Shown: positions 38,860-48,940, counted from the first letter of the stretch. The stretch is DNA of 64,000 nucleotides from Ignavibacteriales bacterium (GCA_026390585.1 JAPLFP010000365.1:6768-70767); one strand, 5' to 3'. The notes: generated by a model from the sequence alone, not told the origin. Numbers and translations: made by a program.

Positions 38860-39860
38860 TACTTGTTGCCGCGTTAGTTCTTCTCGCGGGTATGCCTTCG
38901 GCAGCTTTTCAGCAGGAACATCAGGAGAAAGATCAAGGGAAGAACTACTATGCCGTTGTGTTTCTCAATCGGGGGAGCCTTACAGGGGGAACTCAAAGAA
39001 ACGTTGGGCTCTTCAAACGTCCCTTGGGAGACACGATTTGGACGAATATCTATGGCCGAAACCTTCTCAGCTTTGGCCTTGGCATCTGGGAGGGAAAATC
39101 CAGCAGGCGGCACTACATGGCGGTGGGAAATGGTCTTCACCAATCCGTTGATGGAACGAAGTCGTGGCGTATTCTCACAGATTGGCATACCGAAGAGATC
39201 CTCTCTGTAGCGCCGGATCCAATCGATTCTGCGGTGATCTACGTCTCGACGCCGTTCGGCGTCTTCAAATCTATTGATGAGGGACGCCACTGGGAAAAGA
39301 AAATGAGCGGGATGAAGAAGTGGTTTGTGAAGAAGGTTGTCATCGATGTGAACAATCGACAAAAGCTCTTTGCGGTTGCAGAAGAAGATGTGTATCGATC
39401 GACCGATTCCGGTGAACACTGGGAACCGTTGCACGCGGGACTCACGGATGTTCAGTCTTTTGCTCAGGATCCCGCGTTTCCGCAACACCTGCTGACTGGC
39501 GGTGAAGACAATGGCATTCGTTTGAGTCTCGATGGAGGCGGCACATGGCAGGCTGCCCGGGGTGTCCCGAAAGCATCGTTCTACGCGATAGCCATTTCGC
39601 CCGATGGGCATACAGCCTACGCGGGCGGCTTCAAGACCGGGCTATGGACGAGCACAGACGACGGGGTGTCGTGGAAGCTATTGTGGCAAAACCCCGATAT
39701 TGAAGCTATTTCAACGATTTATGTACACAAAAACGACTCAAGCCACCTGATGATAGGAACAAGCGGCCAGGGGATCTACGAATCGCTGGATGCCGGCAAG
39801 ACATGGCGCTCTGCAGGATTGCAGGGCTGTCAGGTGAGACAAATCGAACTCTATCCTTAG
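38838..39860 (+). CDS. Secreted BNR/Asp-box beta-propeller (paralog B)
   Basis: Sec signal; SIDEGRHW, STDSGEHW, SLDGGGTW, STDDGVSW, SLDAGKTW. Confidence 0.8.
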   Translation: MAAITKLVLVAALVLLAGMPSAAFQQEHQEKDQGKNYYAVVFLNRGSLTGGTQRNVGLFKRPLGDTIWTNIYGRNLLSFGLGIWEGKSSRRHYMAVGNGLHQSVDGTKSWRILTDWHTEEILSVAPDPIDSAVIYVSTPFGVFKSIDEGRHWEKKMSGMKKWFVKKVVIDVNNRQKLFAVAEEDVYRSTDSGEHWEPLHAGLTDVQSFAQDPAFPQHLLTGGEDNGIRLSLDGGGTWQAARGVPKASFYAIAISPDGHTAYAGGFKTGLWTSTDDGVSWKLLWQNPDIEAISTIYVHKNDSSHLMIGTSGQGIYESLDAGKTWRSAGLQGCQVRQIELYP

Positions 39861-39874
39861 AGAAGGTATCTCCT

Positions 39875-40924
39875 ATGATTGAAGAATACAAAAAGGTGAG
39901 GCATCGCTGGAATGCTGCATGGTCTTCGTTGATTCCAATTTCGGTCTTTGTCCTGGTCGTGATGCTTCCGGCAAATCTCCTGTCGCAAGAGTCAACGGTC
40001 TACGCCTCAGTTCTGTCGACGAAACTGTTTGTCGTAGGGGCTGCAAATCCCGAGACCGGAGTCTTCTATAAAAAGACCACAGATGACACCGTATGGCAAC
40101 ACACAGGGCCGAAAAACATCCGTGATTTCGGACTTGCGGTCCATGCGCCATCACGAGGTCAGCTGATTTGCATTGCCGCCGGCAATGGAGTTCACAAGAC
40201 AACCGATGGTGGCAAAACATGGAAGACGACAACGGGATGGCAGGTTACCGAAGTTCTGAGCGCGGCAATTGACAAGGCGAATCCCGACTTCATTCTCTGC
40301 ACAACCCCCTACGGTGTTTTCAGGACAATGGACGGCGGAGCAACGTGGGCGGAGTGCAACAACGGAATCAAACATGTCTTCGCGTCATCCGTTCTTATCG
40401 ATCACTCAGACTCAAACACGCTGTATTGTTCCACAGAGGACGGCGTGTATAGAAGCGGAGATCAGGGAAATTCCTGGAAGCGCACCGGGTTGAGCGTAGA
40501 TGGCGTCAGAGTGGTTGTGCAGCATCCAAAGGATCCGAATACTCTGTTTGCCGGGACCGACAATTACGGTATCTACATGACCCGAAATGGCGGTAGGTAC
40601 TGGGAGAAATGTGCGGCTGGCCTGGATCATCAAACGTTCTACGCGATCGCATTTGACCCCAACAATCCGCAGGTACTCTATGCCGGCGGGTATGTCACCG
40701 GAGTGTATAAATCAATCGATGGCGGACAAAGCTGGAGGCGAATGAATGAGGGGTTGACGAATCTGAACATTCATTCTCTGGCTGTCGATCCGACGAATAG
40801 CAATCGTGTCTACGCAGGAACGCTCTGGAGCGGTGTGTTTTGTTCGCTCGATGGCGGTGCCAGTTGGCGCTCTGCGGGATTAACCGGTTCACAGGTATGG
40901 ACAATTACGGTACAACCATTCTAA
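39875..40924 (+). CDS. Secreted BNR/Asp-box beta-propeller (paralog C)
   Basis: AGAAGG RBS before ATG 39875; TTDGGKTW, TMDGGATW, SIDGGQSW, SLDGGASW. Confidence 0.8.
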   Translation: MIEEYKKVRHRWNAAWSSLIPISVFVLVVMLPANLLSQESTVYASVLSTKLFVVGAANPETGVFYKKTTDDTVWQHTGPKNIRDFGLAVHAPSRGQLICIAAGNGVHKTTDGGKTWKTTTGWQVTEVLSAAIDKANPDFILCTTPYGVFRTMDGGATWAECNNGIKHVFASSVLIDHSDSNTLYCSTEDGVYRSGDQGNSWKRTGLSVDGVRVVVQHPKDPNTLFAGTDNYGIYMTRNGGRYWEKCAAGLDHQTFYAIAFDPNNPQVLYAGGYVTGVYKSIDGGQSWRRMNEGLTNLNIHSLAVDPTNSNRVYAGTLWSGVFCSLDGGASWRSAGLTGSQVWTITVQPF

Positions 40925-40940
40925 CGAGGAAGTGCTGACC

Positions 40941-42761
40941 ATGAACGTCAAGAAGTTCTTTCTGATTCTGACTCTGTTTGCTCTTCAGAGCGCGAACGCA
41001 CAATTGGTCTCCCGGGAGACATACCTCAAGGAGTTTGAGAAACGTGCTTCGTTTGTCACCTCCATCTACGACACCGCTCAGTCGTCGGGTTATTACCAGG
41101 CTGCGGTGCGGTATGCGCACGGAAAAGACATTGCTACCGCGGACAAAATGGTAATCGAGCTGCTTCGCGATCCCCGCGGTGACATGTTCTGGATGATCCC
41201 GGCGATCGGAACGTATCTTCAGGGTAAAGACAGGATGTCACCCGAAGCGCGTGCAGCGATGCGCAATGCGTGGAAAACCTACGCTCCGTACCGCGGTGAC
41301 ACGGAAAATCATTGGTGCATGTACCACGCGTCCCTCTTTCTCGCAGCTGAGCAATGGCCAAACCTTCCCGGTTCAGAGTGGTATAACGGAAAGAGTTCAG
41401 AGGAAAATCTCCGAGACGCGAAAGAATATCTCATTCACTGGATGAATATCACCACCACGATTGGCCAGGGCGAGTTCGATTCCCCGGACTATTTCCCCGA
41501 GTACGCAATGCCGATGATCCTGCTGAGTCAGTTCGCCAAGGATCCGGAGATGAAAACCCGAGGCGCGATGATGGCGGATTACATTTTTGCGGATTTCGCG
41601 GTCGAGCACCTGGAGGGCCAATACATCGGTGGATACAGCAGAATCTATCAACCGGCGGTGTACAAGCCGCTGCTCTCGGGAGCCTCAGCGTTTGCCTACC
41701 TGTATTTTGGCACTGGTGAACCGACGAACTCGGGCTGGATTGTCCTTCCCGCCCTTTCGAACTACCGTCTTCCTGAAATTATCTACTCCATTGCTCTGGA
41801 CCGAAGCAAGACCTATGTCCATCAGGAACGAAAGCGTGTCCGCAATGTCATTCGTTTCGGTGCAGAAAAAAATCCCCCCGTCTACAAGTATTCCTATATC
41901 ACAAAAAACTATGGTATTGGCTCTCTTCAGGGGGGTATCCTTCAGCCTATTCAACAGCACACCTGGGGAGTTCGCTATACATATGGCCGTCCCTACACGA
42001 CGATTTTCGGGCTTCATCCCTATTGGTCGGCATTAGAAGTGGGCATGTTTTTCCCCGAAGAGGTGAAAACGCTTATCGCCGATGTCGTGGCATCCAAAGG
42101 GACCTACAACAATCCCGACAAATGGACTGGCGGCTCGCCATATGAGAGGACCTTTCAGCATAAAAACGCGCTGATTGTTCTCTATGATATTACCCCAGGC
42201 ACGACGACGGAGCACATTGACGGTTTCTTCCCGCGAAACCTCGAAGAGAGGATCGTTGAACCCTCTGGCTGGATTGCCTGCAAAGCCGGCGATGTGTATA
42301 TAGGGTGGTATCCGCTGCAGGAATATGAATGGAAAGAAGAATCAGATGCGAGCATCAACACGCTGAATGATATCGGAAGGCCGCAACTGGAACGGGTAAA
42401 GGAAACCGGGAACTGGCGCCTGAGAAGCTACAAGCCTCAGAATGGATATGTCATTGAAGTGAGGTCGAAGGATGAAATCGGATCGTTCGCGCAATTCCAA
42501 TCAGCATTGAACACGCATACTCCAACCGCCAAACTTCAGCCGGGAGCAGTTTCACTGCAATATGTCACTTTGAGCGGTGACAAAATGGAATTCGCGTTCC
42601 CTGAGAAGCGAACGCTCAATGGAAGCGCGATCGATCTCTCCAAGACGAAACTCTTTGAAGGACCGTTTATCAACGCTGAAGTTGGCAGCGAGAAGATGAC
42701 GATGACCTACAAGAACAAGAAGCTTGTGCTCGACTTCAAAGCAGTCAAGATCAGCGAATAG
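40941..42761 (+). CDS. Uncharacterised secreted lyase-like protein, paralog of 37033-38859
   Basis: Signal peptide ends SANA/Q. Carries the same YRGDTENHW, GQGEFDSP, RNVIRFG.EKNPPVYKY and QPIQQHTW blocks. Confidence 0.6.
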   Translation: MNVKKFFLILTLFALQSANAQLVSRETYLKEFEKRASFVTSIYDTAQSSGYYQAAVRYAHGKDIATADKMVIELLRDPRGDMFWMIPAIGTYLQGKDRMSPEARAAMRNAWKTYAPYRGDTENHWCMYHASLFLAAEQWPNLPGSEWYNGKSSEENLRDAKEYLIHWMNITTTIGQGEFDSPDYFPEYAMPMILLSQFAKDPEMKTRGAMMADYIFADFAVEHLEGQYIGGYSRIYQPAVYKPLLSGASAFAYLYFGTGEPTNSGWIVLPALSNYRLPEIIYSIALDRSKTYVHQERKRVRNVIRFGAEKNPPVYKYSYITKNYGIGSLQGGILQPIQQHTWGVRYTYGRPYTTIFGLHPYWSALEVGMFFPEEVKTLIADVVASKGTYNNPDKWTGGSPYERTFQHKNALIVLYDITPGTTTEHIDGFFPRNLEERIVEPSGWIACKAGDVYIGWYPLQEYEWKEESDASINTLNDIGRPQLERVKETGNWRLRSYKPQNGYVIEVRSKDEIGSFAQFQSALNTHTPTAKLQPGAVSLQYVTLSGDKMEFAFPEKRTLNGSAIDLSKTKLFEGPFINAEVGSEKMTMTYKNKKLVLDFKAVKISE

Positions 42762-42779
42762 AGAAGTAAAGAGAAAGTC

Positions 42780-43721
42780 ATGAGTCGCCACAAACATCTT
42801 GACGTGATTGTAGCAGGTCTTGCGTTGACAGATATCATCGGTCGTCCGGTGGACCTCAACAATCCTCCAAAACGAGGCGCACTGAAGCTTATCGACTCGA
42901 TCACGCTGACCACTGGCGGAAATGTTTCGAACGTTGGAATTGACCTCGCAAAGCTGGGCTTCAGCGTTGGAGCGATCACGCGCGTCGGCCACGATTCGCT
43001 TGGGAGATATGTGACGCAGCATTATCGGACGTTTGGCATCGACACAGAAGGAGTGATTATTGACGCAAGAGCCCAGACATCTGCCACAATGGTGAGTGTC
43101 GATAAGACGGGGGAGCGTACATTTCTCCACACGCGTGGATGCATGAAGAATTTCCGCGCAGCTGATGTGCTCTCGCGCCTTGCGCTTCTTCAGAAGGCGC
43201 GCATCCTCGCTGTCGGGTATTTAGGGCTCCTGCCAGAAACCGAAAAAGAATTTGAGCGATTGTTTCGAACGGTGAAAGAGAAAACATCCCTCAAGATTCT
43301 TCTGGATAGTGCAGCCTCTCCGCGGGTTACACCGCGGGCGTTGCGCGGCTTCTTGCCATACGTCGACTACTTCATCCCAAGCTACGAAGAAGCAATGCTC
43401 ATCACGAGCTGCACAACACCAGAATCGATTGTCAAATTCCTCAGACAGGCGGGGGCACCCCACGTTGTCGGAGTAAAGCTGGGAGCACAGGGCTGCTACC
43501 TGTCTGATGGTGACCGTGCGGACTATGTGAAGGGGCGGAAGGTGAGAAGGGTCGTCGATGCAACAGGCGCGGGTGATGCATTTGTTGCTGGTTTCATCGC
43601 GGGGATGCTCAAAGGAATGGATGCATTCGAATCAGCTCGTGTGGCGAATGCTGTTGCGGCAAGCTGTGTCTCGGCGGTCGGGGCGTCGACGGCTATTAAG
43701 GCATTGCGGCACTATCTCTAG
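42780..43721 (+). CDS. PfkB-family carbohydrate kinase
   Basis: GGNVSNVGIDLAKLG, VGHDSLG, VDATGAGDAF.AGF. Confidence 0.9.
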   Translation: MSRHKHLDVIVAGLALTDIIGRPVDLNNPPKRGALKLIDSITLTTGGNVSNVGIDLAKLGFSVGAITRVGHDSLGRYVTQHYRTFGIDTEGVIIDARAQTSATMVSVDKTGERTFLHTRGCMKNFRAADVLSRLALLQKARILAVGYLGLLPETEKEFERLFRTVKEKTSLKILLDSAASPRVTPRALRGFLPYVDYFIPSYEEAMLITSCTTPESIVKFLRQAGAPHVVGVKLGAQGCYLSDGDRADYVKGRKVRRVVDATGAGDAFVAGFIAGMLKGMDAFESARVANAVAASCVSAVGASTAIKALRHYL

Positions 43722-43756
43722 CGGCACAATGAAAGATTGTTTTCTGTCGCCATCCG

Positions 43757-43855
43757 ATAAATCACCAGCCCGCCCGCCGACGTCCGAAGGACTTAGGCGG
43801 ACCCGCCGAGCGGTCCGGCGGGGACGGCTCAGTTTATGCAAAACCCGAAGGGTTT
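43757..43855. other. Cluster of GC-rich hairpins (REP-like or leader structure) upstream of GH38
   Basis: CCGCC..GTCC-GAA-GGAC..GGCGG (43774-43800), CCCGCCG-N7-CGGCGGG (43802-43822), AAACCC-GAA-GGGTTT (43841-43855). Confidence 0.5.
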
Positions 43856-43923
43856 CGCCTTTTCATAGTTGTTGACTTGAGTCGATGACTTCTTCTGCGA
43901 TCTAGGAGAAAATTGTCGCGAGC

Positions 43924-46608
43924 ATGACAAAGTTAACCTATCATATTGTTTCACATTCACACTGGGATCGGGAATGGTATTTCCCGTTTGATCGCTTTCG
44001 GGCGATGCTTGTCGATATGGTTGAAGATCTCATCGAACTCTTCTCGAGAGACCCGGAATTCAAATCGTATACACTCGATGGCCAAATGGCCGCGGTGATG
44101 GACTATCTGGAGACTCGGCCGGATCGCGTGGGGACAATTCGAGATCTCGTGAACGAAGGAAAGCTCTTCATCGGACCGTGGTACATTCTCAACGACGAAT
44201 TTCTCTCGAGTGGGGAATCGCATATCCGTAATCTGTCATTCGGATTGCGACTGGGAAAAACACTTGGCGGTGTCATGCCGGTGGGCTATATCCCCGATCA
44301 ATTCGGACACATTGCTCAAATGCCCCAGATACTCAGGGGATTTGGCATTGACACTGCCCTCATTTACCGGGGTTTCGGTGGCGAGGCTGGACAAGAAAAA
44401 TCCGAGTACTGGTGGGTCAGTCCCAACGGCACACGGGTTCTGATGCACCATCTGCCGAAAGATGGTTACAGCGCCGGCTATTTTGGAACGACGGACAAAG
44501 AGATCATCGTTCAGAAATTTGAACGACTGAAAAAGGAACTTGATGCACGGGCAACAACCTCCCAGCGATTGTTCTTCAACGGAGGCGATCATCACTGGCC
44601 CGACAGAGAGGTGACGACAGCTATTGCTGTGCTGCGGGAGCGTTATGACGCTAACATCAAGCACAGCAATTTTCCCGACTTTCTTGCAGCGGTGAAGAAG
44701 GAAATTGGGACCGGCGACGCCCTTCGACGACTGGAGGGAGAAACGCGCTTCGGTTACCGACATGCATTTGCCGTCCTCGGCGGCGTCTTTTCGAGCCGGA
44801 TGTACACAAAGCAACTCAACGCGGAGTGTGAAGCGCTCCTGGAACGTTACCTTGAACCGTTGAATGTGCTTGCGACACATGAAGGGATGAGAAGCAGGAC
44901 ACCCCAGATCGAGCAAGCATGGAAATATGTTCTGCAAAATCAGGATCACGATGCCATCTGCGGCACCAGTGTGGACGAAGTGCATCGCGAGATGGTTGTT
45001 CGCTATGGCAAAACGAGGCAGATCGGTGAACATGTCAAAGCTGAGTGTTTTGCCCGCCTGCTTCCGTACGATGAACGAGAGCACAAAGATGAGCGGTACG
45101 CTTTTGTCTTCAACCCGTCACCATGGCGGCGGAGTGAAATCATCGAAACGGACTTCGAATTCTTTCTTCAGGATGTCGTCGTGGGCTTGAACCCCGAGGT
45201 GAAAGTCGATGAGAAAAAGCCACCGACGAAAGGATTCAAGTTCCTTGACCCGCATGGTAGGGAAGTGCCGTACCAAATTGTGCATCGGGAAGAGGCTTTT
45301 GGCGTCACGTATTCGAAGCGGGACTATCCTCATCAAACACTGGTTGATCGACTTTCAATTCTGCTTTCAGCGAATGACATTCCTGCAATGGGGTGGAAAG
45401 GGCTCACGGTTTCGAAGGTCGACGACATGCCACTCTATCCGTCTGAAATAACAATGGGAAACCGCTCAATCGAAAACGAGTCTCTGAAAGTTGAAGCAAA
45501 CGACCGCGGCAAAGTCACGCTGACCGACAAACGCACCGGCCTCGTCTACGAAGACATCAACTCTTTTGAAGATTCGGGCGATGTCGGTGATGAATACAAT
45601 TACTCCTATCCCGATCGTGATAGTTGGTACACGTCGAATCAGTTTGTCCCGCGCATCACCATTGAGGAGAAAGGTCCGTTGCGAGCTTCCCTCAAGCTTG
45701 AGCATCGGATGGTGGTGCCGAAGGAAGCATCGAAAGACGCCAAATCACGATCAGCGGAAATGGTGGAATTGCTCATCGTGACAACATTCTCGTTGACGCG
45801 CCTGTCAAAGCGAGTTGACATCAAAACGACTGTGAACAATGTGTGCAAAGACCATCGGCTGCGAGCTTTGTTCTCAACCGGCATTGATACCGTCGATTCG
45901 TACGCAGAGACGCCGTTTGCGGTTGTGAAACGCGAGCATCGGACATATGACACTTCCCAATTTCCTTTTGAGCATCCGGCCATGGTTGCCCCGATGCAGC
46001 GATTCGTCACGATATGTGATAAGATCAAAGGCCTTACACTGATCAGCAAAGGACTCCCGGAATATGAACTCAAGGTCGATAAGCGAGGCGAGCTTGCACT
46101 GACGCTTCTGCGATGTGTTGGAAAGCTCTCAGGGAGGGACCTGACGACGCGTCCCGGCGGTGCCGCCGGCTGGTGGAACGAAACTCCGGAGGCGCAATGT
46201 CTTGGCAGCCACACGCTTGAATACTCTGTGTATCCGCACAAGGCGATTGGCGACGGGGTCTGGACTTCAATATTGGAACAAGTTGAGGCTTTTACTGTGC
46301 CATTGCTCGCTGTGAAGCGAAAGAACGAACAAACAGTGTTCGAGAAATCATTTCTGTCGGTTCAGCCCACGTCTCTTCTTCTAACAGCGCTGAAGAAAGC
46401 TGATGATGAATCAGGCATCATTATCCGATTGAATAGTCCGGTTGATGCAGAGGTGCGGGGCACCGTTCACGTGGAAGCGAAGATAAGGGAAGCCTACCGT
46501 GCAACGATGAATGAAGTGATTGTCGAACCCGTGGAAATCATCAATGGACACGATATTCCGGTTACGGTGAAAGCGTATGAAGTGATGACGCTCGTTGTGA
46601 GATTCTGA
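43924..46608 (+). CDS. GH38 alpha-mannosidase family protein (MngB-like, cytoplasmic)
   Basis: HSHWDREWY, TLDGQ, IGPWY.L.DEFL.SGES, YIPDQFGH, NQDHDAICGTSVD. No signal peptide. Confidence 0.9.
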   Translation: MTKLTYHIVSHSHWDREWYFPFDRFRAMLVDMVEDLIELFSRDPEFKSYTLDGQMAAVMDYLETRPDRVGTIRDLVNEGKLFIGPWYILNDEFLSSGESHIRNLSFGLRLGKTLGGVMPVGYIPDQFGHIAQMPQILRGFGIDTALIYRGFGGEAGQEKSEYWWVSPNGTRVLMHHLPKDGYSAGYFGTTDKEIIVQKFERLKKELDARATTSQRLFFNGGDHHWPDREVTTAIAVLRERYDANIKHSNFPDFLAAVKKEIGTGDALRRLEGETRFGYRHAFAVLGGVFSSRMYTKQLNAECEALLERYLEPLNVLATHEGMRSRTPQIEQAWKYVLQNQDHDAICGTSVDEVHREMVVRYGKTRQIGEHVKAECFARLLPYDEREHKDERYAFVFNPSPWRRSEIIETDFEFFLQDVVVGLNPEVKVDEKKPPTKGFKFLDPHGREVPYQIVHREEAFGVTYSKRDYPHQTLVDRLSILLSANDIPAMGWKGLTVSKVDDMPLYPSEITMGNRSIENESLKVEANDRGKVTLTDKRTGLVYEDINSFEDSGDVGDEYNYSYPDRDSWYTSNQFVPRITIEEKGPLRASLKLEHRMVVPKEASKDAKSRSAEMVELLIVTTFSLTRLSKRVDIKTTVNNVCKDHRLRALFSTGIDTVDSYAETPFAVVKREHRTYDTSQFPFEHPAMVAPMQRFVTICDKIKGLTLISKGLPEYELKVDKRGELALTLLRCVGKLSGRDLTTRPGGAAGWWNETPEAQCLGSHTLEYSVYPHKAIGDGVWTSILEQVEAFTVPLLAVKRKNEQTVFEKSFLSVQPTSLLLTALKKADDESGIIIRLNSPVDAEVRGTVHVEAKIREAYRATMNEVIVEPVEIINGHDIPVTVKAYEVMTLVVRF

Positions 46609-46612
46609 GTAA

Positions 46613-46877
46613 CGGCCGGATCCACTGGAGCGGCTGGCGCTGTCCGACATGACATTTGAGAGCGAAAGCAAAAAAGACCGGCGACACTCGTTCGCTGCAA
46701 CTTGTCGAGTTCCTTCTCGCTGATGAGATCAATCACGTGTTGTACGGAGTGCACTGGATTGACGAGCTGACAAAGGAAGATCCTGAACGGCGAAAACGAG
46801 TTCTGGCGTATCCCGATCAGATGCCTGCGGGTCAGCATCCGGTTGGAGTCTATTTCAAAGGAACAAAAAATGCGTAA
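46613..46877 (+). pseudogene. C-terminal remnant of a DUF455-like ferritin-fold protein, internally frameshifted
   Basis: DPLERLALSDMTFE in one frame, then LRAKAKKTGD..L..ADEINHV.YG.HW in another. The 5' part is absent. Confidence 0.6.
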
Positions 46878-46904
46878 GGTCAACACACCACAAGGAGTAC
46901 TTCA

Positions 46905-47801
46905 ATGAAGGTTGCTCAGTTTGAAGACTCGCAGGGGTATTGCATCGGCCTCTCAACAAACAGCGGATGGATCAACTATTCTGACGCAGAAGCTGCGTAT
47001 ACTGCCATCACACAGAATGTTATCGTTGAGCCAACAACCACAATTCTCCGGTTGATTGAAGACGGAAGGTTTGATCCTGCCGAGTTCAAAGTTGTTCTGG
47101 GGTTCCTGAAGCAACACAAACTTGAGGCGCACTACTCCATCAGCAAGGAAGCGATTCTCAAGGCCCCCATTCTCCGCCCGCCAAAGATCGTTGCGCTGGG
47201 CCTTAATTACGCGCTTCACGCTAAAGAAGGAAACGCTGCAGTGCCGGCGGAACCAATCATTTTCATGAAAGCGGGTTCATCGGTCATTGGTCCCGGCGAG
47301 GCGATTCTGCTCCCCGGAGGCCTGGGACGCATGGATCACGAAGTGGAATTGGCGGTCATTTTTGGGCGTCGCGCAACAGCGGTGAAGAAAAAAGAGGCGA
47401 TGAAATTTGTCGCCGGCTTCACCATCCTCAACGACGTCACAGCCCGCGAGCTACAGACAAAGGATCTGGAACAAAAGCATCCCTGGTTCAGGTCGAAGAG
47501 TTTTGACACGTTCACTCCCATGGGGCCGTGGATTGTCACTGTGGACGAGATCACTTCACCCATTCGTCTAAGTCTCGAATGCCGCGTCAATGGCAACGTA
47601 CGCCAGAAAGCAAATACGAGTTCGATGGTGTTCGACGTTCCAACGCAGATCGAGTTTATTTCAAAAAACATAACGTTGGAACCCGGCGATGTTCTTTCAA
47701 CCGGTACGCCACAGGGCATTGGACCGATTAAAGATGGAGACGAAGTGCTGTGTCGCATTGAAAAAATCGGTGAATTGAAGAACCCCGTTCGAGATCGATG
47801 A
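46905..47801 (+). CDS. Fumarylacetoacetate hydrolase family protein
   Basis: KIVALGLNY, EPIIFMK, DHEVEL, NDVTAR, KSFDTF.P.GPW, GD.L.TGTP.GIG. Confidence 0.9.
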   Translation: MKVAQFEDSQGYCIGLSTNSGWINYSDAEAAYTAITQNVIVEPTTTILRLIEDGRFDPAEFKVVLGFLKQHKLEAHYSISKEAILKAPILRPPKIVALGLNYALHAKEGNAAVPAEPIIFMKAGSSVIGPGEAILLPGGLGRMDHEVELAVIFGRRATAVKKKEAMKFVAGFTILNDVTARELQTKDLEQKHPWFRSKSFDTFTPMGPWIVTVDEITSPIRLSLECRVNGNVRQKANTSSMVFDVPTQIEFISKNITLEPGDVLSTGTPQGIGPIKDGDEVLCRIEKIGELKNPVRDR

Positions 47802-48901
47802 AGATTGACCAGATTATACTGACGCATGTCCGCATTCCGCTGACCGAGCCGTTCAAAATCAGCAACGGCGAAATCACGGAAAAGGATGCAATTCTCGTGG
47901 GGGTGCACAGCGAAGGCCTCATTGGGTACGGAGAATCCTCGCCAATGTCGGGGTCATTCTATTCTGAAGAGACGCCGGAAAGCGCGTGGGATTGTCTTGT
48001 CGGTGAACTGATCCCCAGATTTCTCCAGTCCCATCCTGCGGGTATCGTGGACGTGAACAATCTCATGAGTCCCATCCCTGGCAATGCATTCGCGAAAGCG
48101 GGGATCGAAACGGCCTTCTGGGATCTTGCCGCACAACAAGAAAACGTTCCGCTAAGCAAGTATCTCGGAGGCAAGCGTAGCCAGGTGGAATCCGGATTGG
48201 CTGTGGGAATCTTTCCTTCGATCAAGGAACTTCTGCTGTCAATCGAAAAGCATCTCATTGAAGGATACAAACGAGTCAAGATCAAGATCCAGCCGGGTTG
48301 GGATGTCAAACCACTTGCGGAGGTCAGATGCATGTTCGGATCGATCCAACTTATGGTGGACGCGAACTGTGCCTACACGCGAGAGGATCTTCCTCATCTC
48401 AGATCATTGGACGATTTTGATTTGATGATGATCGAACAACCGCTTCCGAAGGATGATCTCGAGGGCCATGCACGACTACGGGCCATGAGCCGGACGCCGA
48501 TTTGTCTTGATGAAAGCGCCAAAGATATCCCGACGGTCCAAAGAGCTATCGAACTCAAGAGCTGTGACATTATCAACATCAAGATCCAACGTGTAGGCGG
48601 GCTGCTGAATGCAAAGCGAATGAACGATGTTTGTGCGCAGGCGAGAGTTTCGGTGTGGGGAGGAACAATGCCAGAACTGGGCATTGGCGGTGTGCAGACC
48701 CTTCACCTTTCTACATTGGCCAATTTCAGTTACCCAACGGATGTTGAATCATCGAAACGATGGTTTGTCGATGATATCATCGACCCGTTCATCGAAGTTC
48801 ACGACGGAGTTATTACTCTGCCTGAAGGAAAAGGCAACGGGTATTCGCTGAACACCCGTGCGATCGAGCGGTATAAGGTCCGTGAGCAACAATTCCGGTA
48901 G
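47798..48901 (+). CDS. OSBS/N-acylamino acid racemase-like enolase-superfamily enzyme
   Basis: KIKI, VDAN, IEQP, LDES, NIK..RVGG, G.M.E.GIG (Firmicute-type OSBS/NAAAR pattern). Confidence 0.8.
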   Translation: MKIDQIILTHVRIPLTEPFKISNGEITEKDAILVGVHSEGLIGYGESSPMSGSFYSEETPESAWDCLVGELIPRFLQSHPAGIVDVNNLMSPIPGNAFAKAGIETAFWDLAAQQENVPLSKYLGGKRSQVESGLAVGIFPSIKELLLSIEKHLIEGYKRVKIKIQPGWDVKPLAEVRCMFGSIQLMVDANCAYTREDLPHLRSLDDFDLMMIEQPLPKDDLEGHARLRAMSRTPICLDESAKDIPTVQRAIELKSCDIINIKIQRVGGLLNAKRMNDVCAQARVSVWGGTMPELGIGGVQTLHLSTLANFSYPTDVESSKRWFVDDIIDPFIEVHDGVITLPEGKGNGYSLNTRAIERYKVREQQFR

Positions 48902-48940
48902 CATGCTCTGATCGTGTCAGAGGAGCGGAGAAACGGAAAC

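Noticed and set aside
43872-43900. Promoter upstream of GH38 (TTGACT)
   Set aside because: No acceptable -10 hexamer at 16-18 nt spacing.
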